Below, piece after piece: positions 60,870-64,000 of a stretch of 64,000 nucleotides of DNA. The position numbers and the translations under genes were made by a program. Source of the DNA: an uncultured cyanobacterium (lineage in GTDB: Bacteria > Cyanobacteriota > Cyanobacteriia > Cyanobacteriales > Nostocaceae); contig CAVUDP010000002.1 in the NCBI GenBank assembly GCA_963740315.1, positions 2,240,001 through 2,304,000 of the forward strand, in the 5' to 3' direction. How positions within the stretch are numbered: position 1 is the first letter of the stretch; each line of letters opens with the position of its first letter. The notes below the pieces were generated by a model that was given only the letters and a program-made list of their open reading frames with translations, searched no databases and was not told the origin of the DNA.

Positions 60870-62906
60870 ATGAATAAAATAACAGCAATAACTATTAGAC
60901 ATTGGAAACCCGTAATACTTTGGAACCTATTAGTTTTAGGTGTAATTAGTTATATTACGGTAACTACACCCCGCGTTTGGAATGCAACAGCACAGTTGAC
61001 GATTCCGGCAACAAATGGCAATTTGGATGCTAGTTTAGGTATTTTGGGTTCTTTCAAAAAAGATAATTCTAGTATTTCTGCAATTAGTGACAGCCAATTA
61101 CAAATGCAGAAAAGTCTTTTAACTAGCGATACTTTGATAGAAAAAGTACTCAGCATAGATCCTTTAAAAAGTGAGTTTAATTTGTCTGGTTACAAGTCGC
61201 TATTTGAAGTTTCTGTTGATGAAAATTCGCGTATCCTGACGATAGATGTTAAAGGTTCCGATCCAGAGTTAGCGAAATTACGAACAAACAATTTGCTCCA
61301 ATTATTTCAACAGCGGCTCAAAGAACTCCGGCAACAAAACCGTTTATCAAAAAGGCAATTTAGTGCGGAAGAATTAAAAGAAGCTAAAAATAATTTGTTT
61401 TCAGCACAAGAAAATTTAGCTAAGTTTAAACAATCTAGCCAATTAGTTGATGCCGAAGAACAAACTAAAGCAGTTGTTACTACTATTGATGGCTTAACCA
61501 AAGCTCATTTAGAAGCCTTATCCCAAGCAGAATACAATCAAAATCGGGTAAATACTCTATCAAATCTGTTGAGTATGTCATCTAATCAAGCGGTTCGTTC
61601 TTTAAGCTTGGGCGAAAATAGAGACTATCAATTCATGAGAGGAAAGCTAGCAGAAATAAAAGCTAACTTAACGGCTTTACGTGCTAAATATACCGAAAAT
61701 CATCCCCAAGTCCAAGAACTCGTACAGCAAGAGCAAGTAATATTAAATCGGATGCAGAATCAAGTTCAACGAACTGCTGGTGGAATGTCTATCGACACTA
61801 CCGTAAGCGGTGAAGGACAAGGACGCGCAGGTTTAATTGAACAATTAATTTTGGCACAAACTGAAGCCTCCGGTCAACTAAGCCGCGCTCAACTGATACA
61901 AAGTCAAATAAATCAACTCAAAGCTAATTTAAATTCCATTCCCGCGCAACAAAAAAAATTATCAGAACTACAGCGTAATGTTGATGTTGCTGAAGGCGTT
62001 TACAAAGGTTTAGTTGCTCAAGTACAGCAAACTAATATCGATGTTTTTGATGTTTATCCCAATGTGGAAACATTAGATGCAACTAGAGTTAATAACAAAG
62101 CGATCGCTCCCAAAAAATCGTTAATGATTTTAAATGCTTTGTTGGCAGGAATAGTTGGCAGCATTGCTCTAATATTACTTTTAGAAAGACGCAACCCATT
62201 ATTAAGTCCGCAAGACTTAAAAGATATGAAATTCCCGATAGTTGTTTCTATCCCTCATTTCAAAGATGGGGCATTAATCTGGGAATTAGATGATGAAAAA
62301 CAGTTAAAATTTCAACGTCTTGCTTCAGCAGTTAGCTTGCAACATTTAAATAACCATCATCTATTAATTACCAGCGCAATGGAAGGTGAAGGTAAAACAA
62401 CCGTGACTTTAGGGTTAGCAAAAGCATTAGTAGATTTAGGTTTTCGGGTACTGGTAGTTGACGGAGATTTTATCCGAGCCGAACTTTCTCAAAACTTGGG
62501 TTACTCTCAAGAATTAAACGGTGCAAATGCGGTTATTCCCATAGAACCAAATTTAGATTTATTGCCTACAAAACCACAAAACGGCAAAATTGTCCAAATG
62601 GTATCCCAGGGACATTTTCAACAAGCTTTAGCAGATGCGGAATCTCATGCTAAATACGATTATGTTTTAGTTGATACCGCTCCAGTCAGCGTTACAAGTG
62701 CCACACCATTAATGACGGCTCAAATTCCCAATGTTTTATTTGTTGTTAAACAAGGTATGAGTTTTAGTAACTCAGTTCGCGACAGCTTAGAGCAGTTAAT
62801 GGAACATCAAGCTCAAGTATTGGGTTTAGTCGTAAATGGTGTAGAAACTTCTGCCAAGCCTTACAAGCAACGTTTGAACAATGAACAATTATCAATGAAC
62901 AGTTAA
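60870..62906 (+). CDS. wzc: Wzc/GumC polysaccharide co-polymerase with tyrosine-kinase-like domain
   Basis: Two TM segments flanking a coiled coil ('YTENHPQV'); 'TSAMEGEGKTT', 'VDGD', 'VDTAP'. Confidence 0.85.
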   Translation: MNKITAITIRHWKPVILWNLLVLGVISYITVTTPRVWNATAQLTIPATNGNLDASLGILGSFKKDNSSISAISDSQLQMQKSLLTSDTLIEKVLSIDPLKSEFNLSGYKSLFEVSVDENSRILTIDVKGSDPELAKLRTNNLLQLFQQRLKELRQQNRLSKRQFSAEELKEAKNNLFSAQENLAKFKQSSQLVDAEEQTKAVVTTIDGLTKAHLEALSQAEYNQNRVNTLSNLLSMSSNQAVRSLSLGENRDYQFMRGKLAEIKANLTALRAKYTENHPQVQELVQQEQVILNRMQNQVQRTAGGMSIDTTVSGEGQGRAGLIEQLILAQTEASGQLSRAQLIQSQINQLKANLNSIPAQQKKLSELQRNVDVAEGVYKGLVAQVQQTNIDVFDVYPNVETLDATRVNNKAIAPKKSLMILNALLAGIVGSIALILLLERRNPLLSPQDLKDMKFPIVVSIPHFKDGALIWELDDEKQLKFQRLASAVSLQHLNNHHLLITSAMEGEGKTTVTLGLAKALVDLGFRVLVVDGDFIRAELSQNLGYSQELNGANAVIPIEPNLDLLPTKPQNGKIVQMVSQGHFQQALADAESHAKYDYVLVDTAPVSVTSATPLMTAQIPNVLFVVKQGMSFSNSVRDSLEQLMEHQAQVLGLVVNGVETSAKPYKQRLNNEQLSMNS

Positions 62907-62943
62907 CAATTGGGGATTGGGCACGGGGCATAGGATCTGCATG

Positions 62944-63255
62944 TTAAAGGTCAAAATATCCTTCTAAAGCAGCAAACGCCAACCCGCGTATCGGTAACAT
63001 TAAAGGTGCTATAAACATTGCCCCGATAATTACGGCAGCACTATTACTCAACAAACCAAAAGTGGCGTTAGCGCAGGAAGCAAAAAATAAAATTAGATAC
63101 TTAGAATTAATAGATGATTCTAACTGTAAATTATCTTGTAATTCCTTTAACTCAAAGGCGTGAACTTTGTTGTTAACCAAAACGGACAGATGATGATTAA
63201 TTTTTTGTGCATATTTTTTGGCTAACAACCGCCTAAAATAAATTGTTGCAACCAC
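62944..63255 (-). pseudogene. Truncated DUF389-family membrane protein fragment
   Basis: 'ATFGLLSNSAAVIIGAM.IAPLM.PI.G.A' N-terminal motif, then a stop supplied by an adjacent repeat after ~100 aa. Confidence 0.75.
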
Positions 63256-63351
63256 ATTACATTTGCGGAGATTCTCGTAATTTACGAAATTTCAAGCCAA
63301 ACATAAACATCGGGGTGCAACAAATGTTAAATAATTTCTACAATTTGTGTT

Positions 63352-63562
63352 ATGGCAATTGAAGCTGCGGTTGGTGAAACCGTTGGTATCTCTAAGCGTG
63401 GCGACGTTACCGCAAATTTTTAGCTGGTTTCGTCAGATACCTTACACTTTATTATTAGTAATCCCCGGTTTGGGTTTAGCGTTCATTGATGTGCGGTTAG
63501 TAAATTTTTCCCCTGCATTAATCCTGGCGATTTTCCTGCCTGCTTTTAACTTTATATATTGA
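63352..63562 (+). pseudogene. Na+/H+ antiporter (CPA1/NhaS-like) N-terminal remnant
   Basis: ATG at 63352 reads MAIEAAVGET; another frame reads VSLSVATLPQIFSWFRQIPYTLLLVI.GLGLA..DV.LV...P.LIL.IFLP and then stops. Confidence 0.75.
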
Positions 63563-64000
63563 AGGAACGTTAAGTTTTGGGAAGTAATTATAGTAAGTAA
63601 TTCTAATTATTGTAAGCTAACCATGTCACATCGACCGTGGTAAATTATACACTATTAGTCAAGCATCATCACAAGCAGGCAAAAGCAATAGACATCTCCG
63701 GTTAGGAAAAAGAACTAAATAAAAATCTCTTTCCGAAAAAGACTTTGACTTTAGATTAAATCAAGTATAATTACTATTTAATTATTTCTGAGCTTTTAGA
63801 AAAGTAGCAATGTTGAAAAATTATCTATTAGAAAGGATAAAACATGACTTTACAAATTGATTATTCAAATTATTTTTTATCTGTATGTAAATCTTTAGTT
63901 AAGTTATTGATAATTCCTCATAAATTCAAATTGCAATTATCACAAGTTAATTTGAAGTTAAAATTGCTAAAATTGGCGGTGACTCCAAGATATACACCAA

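Overview
AT-rich chromosomal window from a filamentous cyanobacterium, probably Nostocales (inferred from abundant HIP1 GCGATCGC, STRR-type 7-9 bp tandem arrays, and cyanobacterial-type rpoZ, rpaA and hetI-like genes). Housekeeping and accessory genes: a pentapeptide protein, a putative ureide-catabolism pair, mscS, an HDAC-family gene, a Septu-like AAA ATPase + HNH pair, rpoZ, tRNA-Pro(GGG), sbcC, rimM, avtA, frmA, an ABC permease, a PPTase and rpaA. A glycogen-catabolism/fermentation gene set is split into two convergent blocks (gap1-pyk-gpmA-tal...ackA on +; xfp-glgP-ldhA on -). There is also an uncharacterised Zn-finger + tandem-domain operon, a nine-gene Wzx/Wzy exopolysaccharide cluster preceded by a double NtcA-like box, and two pseudogene fragments at the end. 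The best candidate for an under-described system is the five-gene module at 47111-50869: DUF4388/PATAN-like protein, MglA-like small GTPase, Roadblock/MglB, V4R protein and stand-alone sensor globin, possibly a gas/ligand-sensing G-protein switch. Intergenic DNA holds many nested miniature mobile elements (MITEs with TIRs, one with a clear target-site duplication, REP-like palindromes, amplified 73-bp and 26-bp arrays). No CRISPR array, rRNA or transposase was seen. All family calls come from motif recognition by eye, not database searches.
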